Shown here piece by piece: positions 49,001 to 62,115 of a DNA stretch of 64,000 nucleotides. Origin of the DNA: Glycera tridactyla (taxonomy: Eukaryota); assembly GCA_965644265.1 (NCBI GenBank), contig OZ286468.1:70866001-70930000 (forward strand), read 5' to 3'. The translations under genes were made by a program, and so were the position numbers. The notes beneath the pieces are model-generated. The model ran no database searches. It saw only the letters and a list, made by a program, of their open reading frames with translations, and had not been told where the DNA came from. Position 1 is the first letter of the stretch. Each line of letters opens with the position of its first letter.

Positions 49001-49745
49001 AATTATCGTCATTATTCTGACTACACGCACGGTTATTTGTTAGTGATAAGGAACAATTGTCATTATCACCATTAGAGGGATATCTCCCATGATGTATGTA
49101 CACTCACTATTGCATGATTATTGTGGAAATGGCTTCGTGGTCAGTTAGTCTTCTCTGTCATTCTTGTCTCACATAACAAGCGACTGCAGCCTGAATGACT
49201 GTGGCTAAGGTGATTTTGTGTTGAGTGATGGAGGTTTTTCTTGATTTTGTGGGCATGACCATTTGGAATTGTGCGACAGAGATGGTGACTACCATGGTAT
49301 TGAGCAATGAAGACTCGTGAGTGGGAAAGGATTGTTAGTACAATTACAGTGTAGTTATGTTATTTATTGTGAGAGAGCTGCCTATTGTGTGTGGACAGGT
49401 CCTTCCTTTGTCCAACGCCAACCCCTTTCTTTGCTCCAATGACCAGAACATGGAAATGCCATCTTTGTGTTGGCCCTTACTCAGATCAACATCATGGTCT
49501 TCAATATGGGCTGAGATTTTCCTCAAGATGATACATATTGTGAGGACCTTCTCATGAGCATGTACGGCAGCATGAAAGTAGATTTTCATGAAGTATGAAA
49601 TTAACAACAAGGACATCTCCTGAAACTTTAGTAACTTTTGTTGCTATGAGGGTCTATTATATAGCAATGCTTGCAAGGGATGAAGCATCAAGCTTTCATG
49701 GATCTGAAAATCCCATAAATTGGCACATGCTGTCAAACCAATCAA

Positions 49746-49777
49746 ATGAATGAATGAATGAATCAATCAATCAATCA
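49746..49777. repeat. Compound (GAAT)n(CAAT)n microsatellite
   Basis: aatgaatgaatgaatgaatcaatcaatcaatc. Confidence 0.85.
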
Positions 49778-51384
49778 GTGAAAGCTTTTTCAGATACTAC
49801 TCATACCATTCTGTCAGTTATCAATGGCAAGTGAAAATATTAACTACCAATATTAGAAGCTTGTATGTAGGATTGGGTAGAAGATATTGGTGATGATCTT
49901 ACTTGAAAATACACTGCTTAATTTGTCAATACCTGGGAACATTTCCTTCTGTTTTTACATTCAAGAGTAACATTGGCTGTCTATCCACTAATTTGGCTTA
50001 CTGAGTTGGTATTGAGTGTAGGTATGAAAAATTTCCTAGAACATGGTCTCTAGTTTGTCCAAGTTCAGCATCATGGTAACATTGTACAATAATGTCGTAA
50101 TGGATTATTGGCTCATCATTGGTAAATGGCTATACCCATCAGATGAACCAACATTTAATTGTTCCTAATTTATGAGGGATACAACTGCGAGTATGATGCA
50201 ATAGTAGATTAGTACACTGGGATGCTGTATATGTCCATGTTCATTCCCATCGCTGCTTACAGGTAATCCCTAATCCAGTAAAGATGCCAAACATTACGAT
50301 TTCAGGGTTATTATCACTCCCTTCGATTTCAGAGTATTTCTCCCTTTGAATCAGAGTTGGGTATTTTTTGAATATCAGTTTTGAGTCCCAGACATTACAG
50401 TCTAACATGTTCTAAGCAGCCACTTTTGATTTCCTCACTCTTTGATTCACATGTCCTGAGCAGCCAACTGTCCTATGTTGCCAGATTTTCCCTCCCCAAG
50501 GGTAGCTGCTGTGAAGAGGTTGCACTATATTTGCTTGATATCACTTCGAGGTCAGCATACATATTCCTGTGGATTGATACATGCTGTCTTACTTCGACCA
50601 AACCGAACCAATCACTCTTGGGCTGTCTATACAGAGCATACAATACACATTAGCAAATTCAAATGCAATAATAATTGGATACATGAGGTGCATGTAGGCA
50701 TGCATATGTGCATGCGAGTGGTCATATATCCGGCTGAACCTTGCATGTGAGGAAGGCTATCAGTCGGTCCAAGTTCACCAGGAGAGACGTAGAGATAGAC
50801 AGACTCCCAGTGGGGGCAGATGCATGTTATATAGAGTTATCTGTACCCATTGTCAGATGGAGATCATGAAACATGAGCTGACATTACCAAAATATCCTCC
50901 CATGAGCACTGAGCTGTCTGTTTCTCAGTCTGTCCGTCTGTTCGTCTATCAGTCTGTCCAGCTGTCTGTCTGTCATCCATTCATTCAAGAATAGCACTAA
51001 TGAGGCTTTTCTTGAGTCTTGATATGCTGTTTGTCCATCTGTCTGTCCATCCATTTTTACTGGGACTGATGTTCTCATGAATGGTCTGTGATTTTGAATT
51101 GACTGGGGGATATCTTTCATTTGTGTTCATTTATCCCTGTCTCAGAGTTAGGCCATGTTTTCTGTTTCATATGATGTTAACATTCTTTTGGGTATTTTTA
51201 TGGTGCCAGTCTCAAGTTATTTTGTAAACACAAATACCAGGACTGGATCTGGTCTTTGCCAAAATGATACTCCCCACCCTGGGATGTAGGTTTAGAGGAA
51301 TCAAATGAGTGATCTCTGGGTCATATTCCACTGTTAAATTATTGGGATGGATATACCACACAAACACTCTTTAATGTGATGCTA

Positions 51385-51533
51385 TCAGGCTCTATAGAGA
51401 CCATCTCTCTATAAAGGCCACCCTGCGATTATGGTAGTATTTTCAACAGTGATGACCTCTCCATTAAGACCACCTGCATATGAAGGTCATTTTTTATGCA
51501 ACCGAAGGCGGTCTTTATAGACAGGTTCGACTG
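51385..51533. mobile_element. pogo-like MITE, left end decayed
   Basis: Repeated agagaccatc/aggccacc/aagaccacc motifs, then ggcggtctttatAGACAGGTTCGACTG-ta. Confidence 0.7.
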
Positions 51534-53510
51534 TATGCCATCAATAGGATAGTCAGATGTTTGTGACATGTCATGTGTAGAGGTGTGTCAACTGCTTCCA
51601 CTTTATGACCTCTCTCGGTCCTCCTCATCTTGTGTCCAGGGTGTGTGACAGTGATATGATGTCCGCAGTGGACAGAACCTTTCATAGATCAGAAATACAC
51701 TGGCATACTTATTTCTTTGGATTGGTACATGCTGTCGGACATCAACCAACCAATCATCTAGATGAAGTTGAAATGGGAAGTTTCCTCATTTAGTCAGGTG
51801 ATTTCTCATAAATATCCAACCATTAAAGATGATGATTACATCATGAGCTATCAGAATGCTGCACATGACTATCAACCCTCCTTAGCAGGCACCCCTGGCC
51901 TTCAGGATGCCAGTCCCTCCCAAGGCAGGGATGGACTGGTTGATTGAGCCTCTGAAGCAGCCGTTGCCCATCTGCTCATGGTGTTCATTGTGAATCATAA
52001 GGAAACAGGTCATGTGACCTCATATGGACATCAACTGTTGGTTGATGGGATGACTGCCCAACAGATCACATAAATGTATACAATAGAGATGGAGATTTGC
52101 TGTCTGCAACCTAAACACAGATGGCATTGTTTAGGACTGTGTTTATGCTTCCACAACAGCCCAGTCGCCAAAAGTGACTCCTGTATGTCTCTCACACCCC
52201 AGATGTCACTCTTGTGGTCTTCCAGGTCACATGACATTTCTTCGTTATGGGTGTAGAGGGCATGTCCAAGGTTTCACACCACTTGATATCATTCAGTTGA
52301 TCAAATCATTCCCCCCTGTTCATGAGTTGCTAGTTGCTCAGTGTCTGCTCAGAAGTTTTCAAAATTTGAACAACCTAACATACTGGTGGTGAAAAGTATG
52401 TAACATGACCCATGTGGTCTTTGTCTTCTATAATAATAAAATGCTATTCAGTTTGTATTGCCATCCTTCCCATGCATTCTTGTATGATACAAATTGACAC
52501 TAAGACTGATGATAATTGTGAGACGATGTTCAGGGTGACGTCAGATTGCCATGACGTGTTTTAAGAAACTAAGTTGCTGAATTGGCTAGCTCTTGACCAC
52601 AAAATGTGTGCACACGTGATCCCATATTTTTCTCTCAAGTTTGCAGAAGTATGCTTCTTAGGCAAGCAGAATATGCCATATTGTGAATTTTGTTGTAGAA
52701 ATTTCATCATAGAAAAAATAACCAAGAATGTACTTGGTATTATGGCATACTTTGGGTTGAAAAAAGAATGTTTGAATTCTGAAATCGGCAAGCAAGCTAT
52801 TCAGCAGCTCTCTCCAGCCCAATGTTGTTCATTCATCAGAACTCAAGGTGTTGGACCTGGGATCTGTCATGTTTCCAAGGAGACCCCTCCTGTTCTAGTT
52901 GTGTGCCATTGTTATGACAACATGTGCCCTGGACATGGACAGCCATGTGTATTGTGATCACATGTTTTGAGGATGGGTTATTTCAAAACAGGTTTCTGAA
53001 TTTGTTTTAATTATTCTGGCAGATTAAAAAAAAAGACAATATTCTAAACTCTCCAGTATGAATTGATGGATGTTTTTTGGAAGTTCCTCCGAGTGGAGTG
53101 AATAGCCAACATGTATTTTACCTCCATTATTGTGGTTGTTGCTGACAAAGGGATGTTGTTGGACGAATAACCCGCAATATTGGAAATGAACAATACACCA
53201 CAAATGCTGTGCAAACTCTCTCTGGTGTATATTCATTCAACTACAAAATGGGATGAATGAACGTTTCTTTTCCACAACCAGGGTGCTACTTCTAACCAGT
53301 AGCTTTCTTATAAGAGATATCACCCTGGTTGTGGAAAAGGAATGTTCATTTAATGACGATTCTAACCTTATCAAACTTTCCACAGATAGAAAATATAATG
53401 TTTGTGACATACTCTCATTTATTCCTCTTTCAAAGTATAGGATATATATTTCAGGAGCTTCTCATTGGTTTCTTGCTCTGATGAATAGAATAATTGTCCG
53501 CAAGTTGAAG

Positions 53511-54419
53511 TTAAAGGGCTTACCCTACAGTGAGTTTCTCAGAGTACGTAGAATCTGTAGCACCAACCGAGACTTTTTCAGGAATATTGCCATGCTGAGT
53601 GCCCACTTTATCAGGAGGGGATACCCCCTCCAAATTCTGGAGGAGGCTTTTGAGAAAACCAAAATGGTCAACAGAGATGATCTACTTAGCACTGAGCTAC
53701 CAACACCCACCCAGGGCCCCACCCAACCCAATACATCAGAGAACGATGCAACACTGAACACAGAGAAATTTTTCTCCATCATCACTTACAATCCCAGAGG
53801 CAACCCCAACCAGTCAGTCATCAGGGAAAACTGGAACATTCTGGGAACATCACAATCAACCTGGGACATTTACAACCACCAGGTAATACATGGGTATAGG
53901 CGGCCCAAGAACCTGAGAGACTTGCTTGTCCATTCTCGACTAAAGAAACCAGGTAAGCTTACCATACCAGGTCTATCAGGCAAAACCAGTCATGAATGCA
54001 CACAATCTCAGTGCAGGTACTGCCCTAAACTAAACACTACAGGTACAATCACGTCACCTGTCACAGGCCTAAAATCTAAGTGCTGCACTAACTACACTTG
54101 TGAGAGCAGCAATCTCATCTACTGCCTCCTTTGCAGACACTGTTCGAAACTCTATGTGGGACAGACCAAACGCAGGCTCAAAGAAAGAATGTGTGAGCAC
54201 TTTCGCTCAATTAACAAGAAGATTATCACAACCCCCATGGGCCAACACTTTTCTACCCCTGGCCACCCAGGCCTGGACACCTTGGAAATCTTTGTCTTGA
54301 AATTTATCAAAGCAAATCCGGATTCCCAAACCGCCCAAAAACTTCGGGATCACCATGAACTCAGATGGATCCACAGACTCAGATCAGCATTACCATTTGG
54401 CCTTAACAGCATGGACTAA
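53511..54419 (+). CDS. Open C-terminal part of the PLE ORF (thumb, linker, GIY-YIG endonuclease)
   Basis: Uninterrupted reading frame from LKGLPYSEF to stop at 54417-54419. The upstream part of the listed 388-aa ORF (53253-53505) looks like fortuitously open flanking DNA. Confidence 0.85.
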   Translation, partial: LKGLPYSEFLRVRRICSTNRDFFRNIAMLSAHFIRRGYPLQILEEAFEKTKMVNRDDLLSTELPTPTQGPTQPNTSENDATLNTEKFFSIITYNPRGNPNQSVIRENWNILGTSQSTWDIYNHQVIHGYRRPKNLRDLLVHSRLKKPGKLTIPGLSGKTSHECTQSQCRYCPKLNTTGTITSPVTGLKSKCCTNYTCESSNLIYCLLCRHCSKLYVGQTKRRLKERMCEHFRSINKKIITTPMGQHFSTPGHPGLDTLEIFVLKFIKANPDSQTAQKLRDHHELRWIHRLRSALPFGLNSMD

Positions 54420-54732
54420 CCATTTGGGTAAATGGGTGCCCCTTGACCCCACGTTCATATTCTTCTAAGGGATTCCTATCTACCCAGGGCACAAGTGACT
54501 GGAACTCCACCCTTCACTTCCTGAATGTATACCCTCCTGGCCAACCATCTACTATAGAGACCTATTACAAACACAATTTTTGATTTGTAATCCCAATAGA
54601 TCCAGATACTACATCTGGTAAGTGATCACTCAGACACTGACACCATCCCAAAAGACCAAATAAATTAAGTTATTATGGTACTTGGTGACATACTAGTCAT
54701 TTTGGGATACCATAAATATTTATGGAGACAGC

Positions 54733-54786
54733 TTTGCACCTGATGAGTCCCATATAGGGACGAAACAGCATCACAGTCACTGCCCC
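54733..54786 (+). ncRNA. Hammerhead ribozyme motif (type I-like, PLE-associated), stems I/III imperfect
   Basis: CTGATGA (54740-54746), stem II GTCCC-atata-GGGAC (54747-54761), GAAAC (54762-54766), and a candidate GTC cleavage triplet at 54776-54778. It lies in the PLE 3' region, where hammerheads are known to occur. Confidence 0.6.
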
Positions 54787-54904
54787 TTACTCCACCCAGC
54801 ACTAACTTCTAGCCCTGGATGTAAGAAGAACCACCTGTGTCACCAGGAATCTCACTCTCCTGACCAAACACAATCAACAAAGAACCACTTGGAGGGTTCA
54901 ACCA

Positions 54905-55085
54905 TTGTGACGTCATAGACGTCACGACGTCCCCTTGACGACGTCATTGGTGCATTTGCCATGGGCAACGTTATTTACCAGCCAGAAAACTGGCTAACGC
55001 AGTGACGTAGGTGAACCGGTCGCCATGGTTGCGCCAACGTGTGAATTTTTCATATTCACCTTGCTGTCGTGCTTACAGGACGTCC
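54905..55085. promoter_or_regulatory. CpG-rich cluster of CRE/ATF (GACGTC/TGACG) and X-box-like sites, probable PLE pseudo-LTR promoter
   Basis: TGACGTCA 54908-54915, GACGTCA 54918-54924, GACGTC 54926-54931, TGACG 54936-54940, GACGTCA 54940-54946, TGACGT 55003-55008, GACGTC 55079-55084; TTGCCATGGGCAAC at ~54956-54969. Confidence 0.45.
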
Positions 55086-56808
55086 CGTGGTGATCTCTCC
55101 CCCCGTCTTTGTGTTGAAGTTAAACCTACTCCAATATGCCAAAAGTAGTGATGGCTGGAATATATGATGAGCATAGAAAAGTGGAACTGCCAATCCTGTT
55201 GAAAACTATGTTTTCGTCTCATCTTCCCAATTTTGATGTGGTCCTGGAGGCATGATTCATGAGATTGCCCCATTGTGCGTCCTTCTGTTCATCAACCCAC
55301 AATCCTATCCTCAACTTGAGTGAGTGTGTGCCACATCTATTGTTGCTTTTGTCATCCTGGCCTTTGTTGACAGCTTTCCCGCTCAGAAAACATTCACTAT
55401 CCAGGGTATTTAGTTGAAAGATTCAACGCGCAAACACGGATTGGATAATCCCGCTTCTGATCTGAACGTCATGCCCATTTATTTGTGGAGATATCGTGGT
55501 CTTCGCTCGCTCGGTTTCTCATTCATCCTATGAACTAGTGAGCTAATTTGCCTGTATTCATGACCATTCTGTTCTATTGCTATGGCAAGTTGTGCGGTTT
55601 GATTGATTGTGTCATTTCATTTCTATTCTCTTAGCACATTTGATACCCGCCTCTGCTGGACGAAGATCTGACCAGCATTGGTCTGCGCCTGAAGGGATGT
55701 GGCGAAATATTGTCAAAGTTGCCCGAGGCATGAGGCTAGGGAAAGAGGAAGTTCATGCTAAATCATATTGGAGAATACTCCAGTGGGACTAATGAAAGGT
55801 GTTCTTCAGGCCAATCATTGTTTGGAACAAGTCTTGCTTAGGACAGGTTTGCTTACACTCATGATATTATGTCTACCCTCATCAATACAGCCAGTTCTAT
55901 GCAACCTGGAAAATATTCATTCCTATCTTCAGCGGGATAAAGATTATGAACTTCTTTTAAGCACTGGTACCTCTTTCCAGAAATGTCCTGGAATTCGGGA
56001 AATCTGATGGAAAAATTTTAATCCAAGCATAAGAATCAGTTGAAAGATTAAAATTTATTAGAAAATTAATACACATACTTTCCAATTGCAGTGGAAACTG
56101 TATTAGGCAACCATTGTACTCAGCAAGCATCTGCTTTGAGCCATGCTGATTGTTTCACACCACTCACTAACCCACTGGCCAAGATGGTGAGGATAAATCA
56201 GGTGTTGCTTAAAGGGCTGTAGAACCCAACAAACCAACCAACAAACCTTTAAGAATAGAATATAAGTAGGCATTATGCTGTGTGAGAGTGCAAACATCAG
56301 TTGATGACAGCACGTCAATGAGGGCAATGTTTACACTGTCGAAGCAGTATGTGACAAAGTCAAAAGATGGCCCAGGCTGTGTGATGACAGATTAAACTGG
56401 AGTCACCCACTTATAACAGCCATAGAATAGAGAAGGGCTCAACCTAGCATCCTCTTGAAGCCTAAACATCAGCAACTTTTGCCAGATTTTTAAAGAATGA
56501 ATGAGAAAAAAAATCTGTAGAATAGCCATTTGACTGTGTATCATACTGACAAGTGGCGCTAGTTGGATTCTGGGTGTCAGGATGCTTAGAAATAATTGTT
56601 TGATGAGATACGACAGAATCTCTTTAGAAACAGATTTGTCACTCATGTAATGCAGAGCAATGAAAGGGAAGAAATTGTAAGTTTTATCTGGTTTCACTGG
56701 ATTGAAAGCATTTGATGGGTAGTGTAACATGAGAAGAATCCCACAGGAAACTAACATAATCTCATGTGAGAGGAAAAATGCAATGGATTTTGGTTTCAGG
56801 CATTCTTA

Positions 56809-57115
56809 CAGCAGACCCCAATGAGAGACCGATTTTCAGTAGAAGACAACTTCCTCAGGGCAGCATTTCTTTTTGACATAGTCACATTTGGGAAAAATAA
56901 CGCCCTGGTGTCACTTTGGTTGATTTTTGCCACAGGTTTCACTGTATGAGGATATCAGGGCAAATGCTGGTACAAGATACAGTTGAAGCTGCTTGTGAGA
57001 CCACCTCTCTACAAAGGCCACCTGCCTGTGATAGAATTTTCTACTGTGAATGACCTGCTTACAAAGACCACCTTGGGTCGCATCAGAAAGTGGCCTTTGT
57101 AGACAGGTGGCCTAC
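56809..57115. mobile_element. Two adjacent degenerate pogo-like MITEs (56809-56944 and 56980-~57115)
   Basis: The first ends CACAGGTTTCACTG-ta (56944). The second starts ta-CAGTTGAAGCTG and carries gagaccacc/ggccacc/aagaccacc and gtggcc...agacagg. Confidence 0.6.
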
Positions 57116-60100
57116 ATGTCATATTAGCATACTGACTAGTAATATCCTTCAGAACAGACATAGAACTGAGCCAAAGCTGAGTAGCATCACCTCTTTGAAT
57201 GTCCTTTCTCGCTTATTTCATGATGTTTATGAATCATTTTTGACTGATATGAGCAAGAGAATTATACTCCTAGTGAATGTCTCATCTTGGTCCTGCATAC
57301 AATAACAAGCTGGCTTATTCATGCCGCCACTTTAATATAACATGGGATCAGCAAAAGGCCACTCTAAATCCACTCCAAATGGAGCAAACAAGGAATTCTG
57401 AATGATCCACTTGAGGGTCAGATCATGCAAGATTACCGCTGTTTGTTTCCTCTTCTCAAGGAGGTCACCAACCTTACCGCCTTGTCATCAAAGTGAGGCT
57501 CAAGCCTCGCTTTAATATGATTATGCAAGTTGCGTGGATGTGTTTGTGTGTGCGTTCTCGGGGACAGTCTGAGGTTGTGATCTCTGGTGTATTTGACCTA
57601 GATTACTCTGAGAGATTATCAGGGCGGTAGCCTTGTGTTGTAGGAATTAAGGCAGGAGATTAAAGGATAATCCATTATTACCTGTGTCCTGTATTTATTT
57701 TACTCATCCAATCCTGATTGAATGAGTGTAGTCCACGTGTGCTGTGATTCAGCCATGTTATCAGTTTGAATTTCTATCTACAAATTCTGTTAACAGTGTA
57801 TTATATGTATAGTTGTTGGAATAATTTGGTCACCAGAAATGAGGCAGACTCACCCAAGATTTTGTTTGTAACCTATTGAGAAACCACAATAACGTACAGT
57901 TATACTTTGAGAGTAACAACATCATCTACCTCTGATTACAGGTGGAAAATTCAAGATGATTCCAAGTATTTGATGAATCATAATACAATGAACATGTTCA
58001 GTAAACACCAGAGCTAGATCTAACCAACGACAGAATATTCCAGAAAAGTTTACATCAAATCATAACTTATCAAAGTCCCAAAATTTCTGTACAATTCCTG
58101 ATGTTTCAGATTTGTCTTTCCCTATGCTTTTTGGTTTCTGGTCAGATGCAATAGATTGAATGAAATGTGGAACAAGAGCTAAACCGAAATGTCACAAATG
58201 GTGGTCTCTAAATAAGGTGGTCGCTTGCCAGAGGTGGATTTTCCTACGTCAAATTGAAAGTTTGCCTAAAGAAGCAGAGATGCGGCTTTGTCTGGGGTCG
58301 TTCATTGTAGCAAGTCTCCCTATGCTGTGTTGATGTAGGAAGAAGGAGATTATATTATTCTGATATAGGATAACATATGGTGTATGGATTAATCAATCAA
58401 TCAGCTAGTCAGGCAATCATGTATATACGTATATCTTGGTGTAACACAATTTAATAAGCTGTATTCCCTGACATAGTTAGAGGCAATCAATTGTGATATT
58501 GATTGGGGGTAACATTCCTTCCATCCCCTCTTGTCCTTTTTGTCAACCTGTCAAGATCTGCCCCGATCCTTGTCAACTGTCTGATTAGTAGGAGATCCAT
58601 GGGTGGTTTTGTCAAAGAGGGCGGTCAATCACTTCATTGATTATTATACATAAACAATTACATAGTTGTCAACTTCTTGAGTTGTGCGAAATCTGTTGGT
58701 GGAGGGGGCAGATTATTTCACTGGAAAAAAAGAAGAGGTTTTTTTTCGATCCGGAATGTGCTGAGATCTCTTGGGTGACTTTGACTATGTAACGGCACGG
58801 GTAACCTTGAAGACATTGATCAGGTCAGGATACATGAGTGTTTGTGAAGAGTAAACAACCTGTCAACACTTCCAACAAGATTGTAGGTGAAAGAAAACAC
58901 CTGCCATCCTCCTTGTTGAGAACTGGTTCCCCCTTAGATACCAGAAATTGGTTTTGCTAATGATTCCAGAGACTCTTGGGGTGTATTTATTTGAGGAAAA
59001 GAAGCAAATGTGGCATAACACCAGTTCATCGTGTACCTTAGTCTGTCAGGGGCAACCATTTTAAATCAGGACTTTTAGCTATCTGAAGGCTTTTAAAATG
59101 AGTGTAAATAAACTATTGATGGCTTTCAGCCAGATAAAAGTAATGGAGAAATCTCCTTTCATGTATGTTGTGTATATATTTACCAGGAGTAACTAATCCT
59201 CTGAAGTCTAAATCAACCACAATAAGCTCTGTACTGAAACTGATATGTTTACTCCCAAAGTGAAATGGCCAACACAGAATTTGAAATCAAATTGGGAATA
59301 CTGAATTTCTCTCTTCTGTTTCATCAGCTCACATATTGCAGCTTATAAAGGCTTTGCATCTAAGAAGTGGAGCATGTGTTTTTCAACCCATTTACATCCA
59401 ACATCACATGTTTGTTTTTAGGTATTATTCATTTTTGCAATCATTGAATTGCTGGATTTTGACAAAATTTCTGAAAATGTCTGATGAAAAAGATGTGCAA
59501 GTTTCACTTCAAGTGTCTCTTCATTTCCCACATAGCTGGCTTTTCAGTGCTGTGAATAGACTTGTTAGACACATGGATGAAAATCATCGGTGTGCTTGTT
59601 GATTTAATCGAATCACCTTGCATTGTGATACTTTTCAAGTGTCCTTAATTCACCTCCCATGCAATTTTCTCCATCACATGCATGCATACACCTGCATGTC
59701 ACATATCTGTCACGTTGTCATGGACACCGTCGTGGCCAGATGCTTCAAAATCACCCATGGATATCTTTTCATCCACTGATTACTTCATTATTCTCACAGC
59801 TCACATGATTGTTATGATTGTCAAATTGAGGGGAGTTATTGAGAACTGATTTGGGTGAGTATTGCTGGTAGAGTGGACAAAGCCCTGATCGGAGAGGGTG
59901 GTCTCCCAATTTGATTTTCTCAAGCCCATCCCAGTTGAGAGATCATACTTCTTCAAAAGACTATCCCTTTGTGATCTTAAGGGTGGCCTTTCATTGCAGG
60001 TTTAGTCTTCAGTACAATGAAAGTACAGTCAAAGCTGTTCACGAAGACCACCCCTCAAATTCAAGCTTCAAATCTAAATAATGCCAATTTCTGTGACTGC

Positions 60101-60883
60101 TCTTCAACTCACCAGATGAAAGTTACAGCAGCTATCTTGGGTTTTCATAAGATTGATCTCTATCTCATATTTGGTCTTTAAACTCGGTGTAGTTCTCTCT
60201 TGGCAACAGATTGGCATTTGTATGGAATATCCACTTTCATTTCTTGCAATCCTGATTCAACAATTTGATGACATTTTCTGGCAGCCTAGCACACTGATCA
60301 TTGACCTGTGTGGAATCCATTGAAATGGAAGTTTGCACAGGGTTGAGAAAGCCTGCAGGATTTCAGTGGGTCACTGGATTCTAAGTTGTCAGATTTCTTC
60401 CACTTCATAAATCATGTGTGTTTTGTATTCTGTCACTTTGTGGGGATTGGATTCAGCTTTTTAAAAATTCCAATGAAAAATGTGAAAAGCTAAAGTTGAA
60501 CTCACTCATAACAAAATCATAATTTGAGTGACAGTGGTCCACAGTATGAGAGAAATTATTGAAAAAATGCAGTCATAACTTTTTTTGTATTCTTAAGAAC
60601 ATGACGACTTTTGTACTTTCACAGTTGTCTGTAATTTCATCTTCTCTGGAAATGCATTCACTCATGGATTTCTGTGTCAGAGTGTGTGTTTTGCATTTCG
60701 ATGAAAGCTGACCAGGTTTGATCATTGGTGCATTTATTTAATGTCAGTGATAATTGACCAGCATTCACATTTTTATCTGTCATGACGCACCATGTTTTGA
60801 CACCTTTGAATGTCACTTGTCATATTTGCCACTCCTGGCTGCCTCCCCACCCTTTCCCCACCCACCCAGACCCTCTGTACTCA

Positions 60884-60925
60884 TGCACACATGCACATAC
60901 GCACACACACGCACACACACACACA
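60884..60925. repeat. Imperfect (CA)n microsatellite
   Basis: gcacacatgcacatacgcacacacacgcacacacacacac. Confidence 0.85.
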
Positions 60926-62115
60926 CTAACACCAAGCAATCCTTCAATCAAGTACATGAATTGGTTTCTGGTAAAAAAAACCTGTAAGCTGATAACCTGA
61001 GCACACATACACACCTTTCTATACAAAATATGCTATGAATCATGGACTCCATGTTGGATATTACTTCAGTAATTTTTGTCAAATTACACTCTGAATTTTT
61101 CATTTTGCATGCAAATCTATTTGTACCATTTCTTGCCAATTCACAACTATTGATAGGAGGATCAGGATGTCCTGACGAGGTTGTTATCAGTAAATTGTGG
61201 GTATTTTTCCATTCGGTTAGGCAGCGCAGGTTGCACTTAATGCCACCAAATAAAATCATCTATCATATCAGGCTAGTTATCATAATTAGATGATGAATTG
61301 CAAATTATCGGAGATGGACCCGCATCAGATTATTCCAGTAAAATAAACCTCCCATGTACAGAGTGGTGATCATTCTCACATATCAAACCGTTTACACTTT
61401 TTTTTTCCCCCGGTGACCCACTTTGCCAAGATGGTATTTTCTGATGAACATGGACGTCTCCATGTAGACTACTTACGCTTCAGCTTTCATTCTTAATTGA
61501 TACGGAACTAGTATGTATTTTACTCCTAGCCTTATTCTTGATCTGTTATTAACCCAAACCATCTGTGCAAGGACATTCAGTACAATTACCCATGTGTCAT
61601 TATCATTGTTGATATTGAACCAAACACCCAAAGTTACCACCCATTGTTGAAGAGCAATCCCTTACAAAAAGCATTTTTCCATAATTCCTACATGAATAGA
61701 ATATACCTGAGACTAACAAGCATCCATGTTGAGGACTGGAATTCTGAGGAATTCACAAAGTTTGTAGGTTTCATCACATTGTGTGGTTCAGCCATTTCTG
61801 CTTAGCTAATTCTTTAGGATATGACCTGCTTCTGAATTAATTGCTTGTTATCCCAACAACTGGATTCTTGGTCATCTTACTACCACTGATACCATCACAG
61901 TCATTGTCATCCCCATCCTAGTTGCCATTGCCATCAGCGCTCCCATTGCCTCCAACACCGCCACCGCTTTATCATCATTTCACCATCTCTTTTATCTGTA
62001 GGTTACACTATATCCTCTCTTTCTTTCACTTGTTGAGGTTCTGTCATAATCCAATACCTTGTTGATTTCTGAATGTATCTTACTGACATTTTGTTCTTCC
62101 TGTGTTTGTTCACAG

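Larger units (their letters stand above)
53505..54800 (+). mobile_element. 5'-truncated Penelope-like retroelement (RT thumb/linker + GIY-YIG endonuclease + 3' region with hammerhead core)
   Basis: The ORF contains KGLPYSEFLRVRRICS...F.RRGYP, YRRPKNLRDLLV, a CxxxxCxxC linker, and the GIY-YIG signature LIYCLLC..C.KLYVGQT.R.L.ER..EH...E..WI..L....P.GLN, all typical of PLEs. The RT catalytic core is absent. The 3' boundary is uncertain and may extend to ~55100. Confidence 0.9.

Noticed and set aside
53253-53505. N-terminal 85 aa of the 388-aa ORF
   Set aside because: It shows no RT motifs and looks like flanking DNA that is open by chance upstream of the PLE truncation point.
53952-53963. GGTAAGCTTACC palindrome over a cryptic donor in the PLE ORF
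   Set aside because: As RNA it could form only a 4-bp stem, and it is explained by coding sequence.
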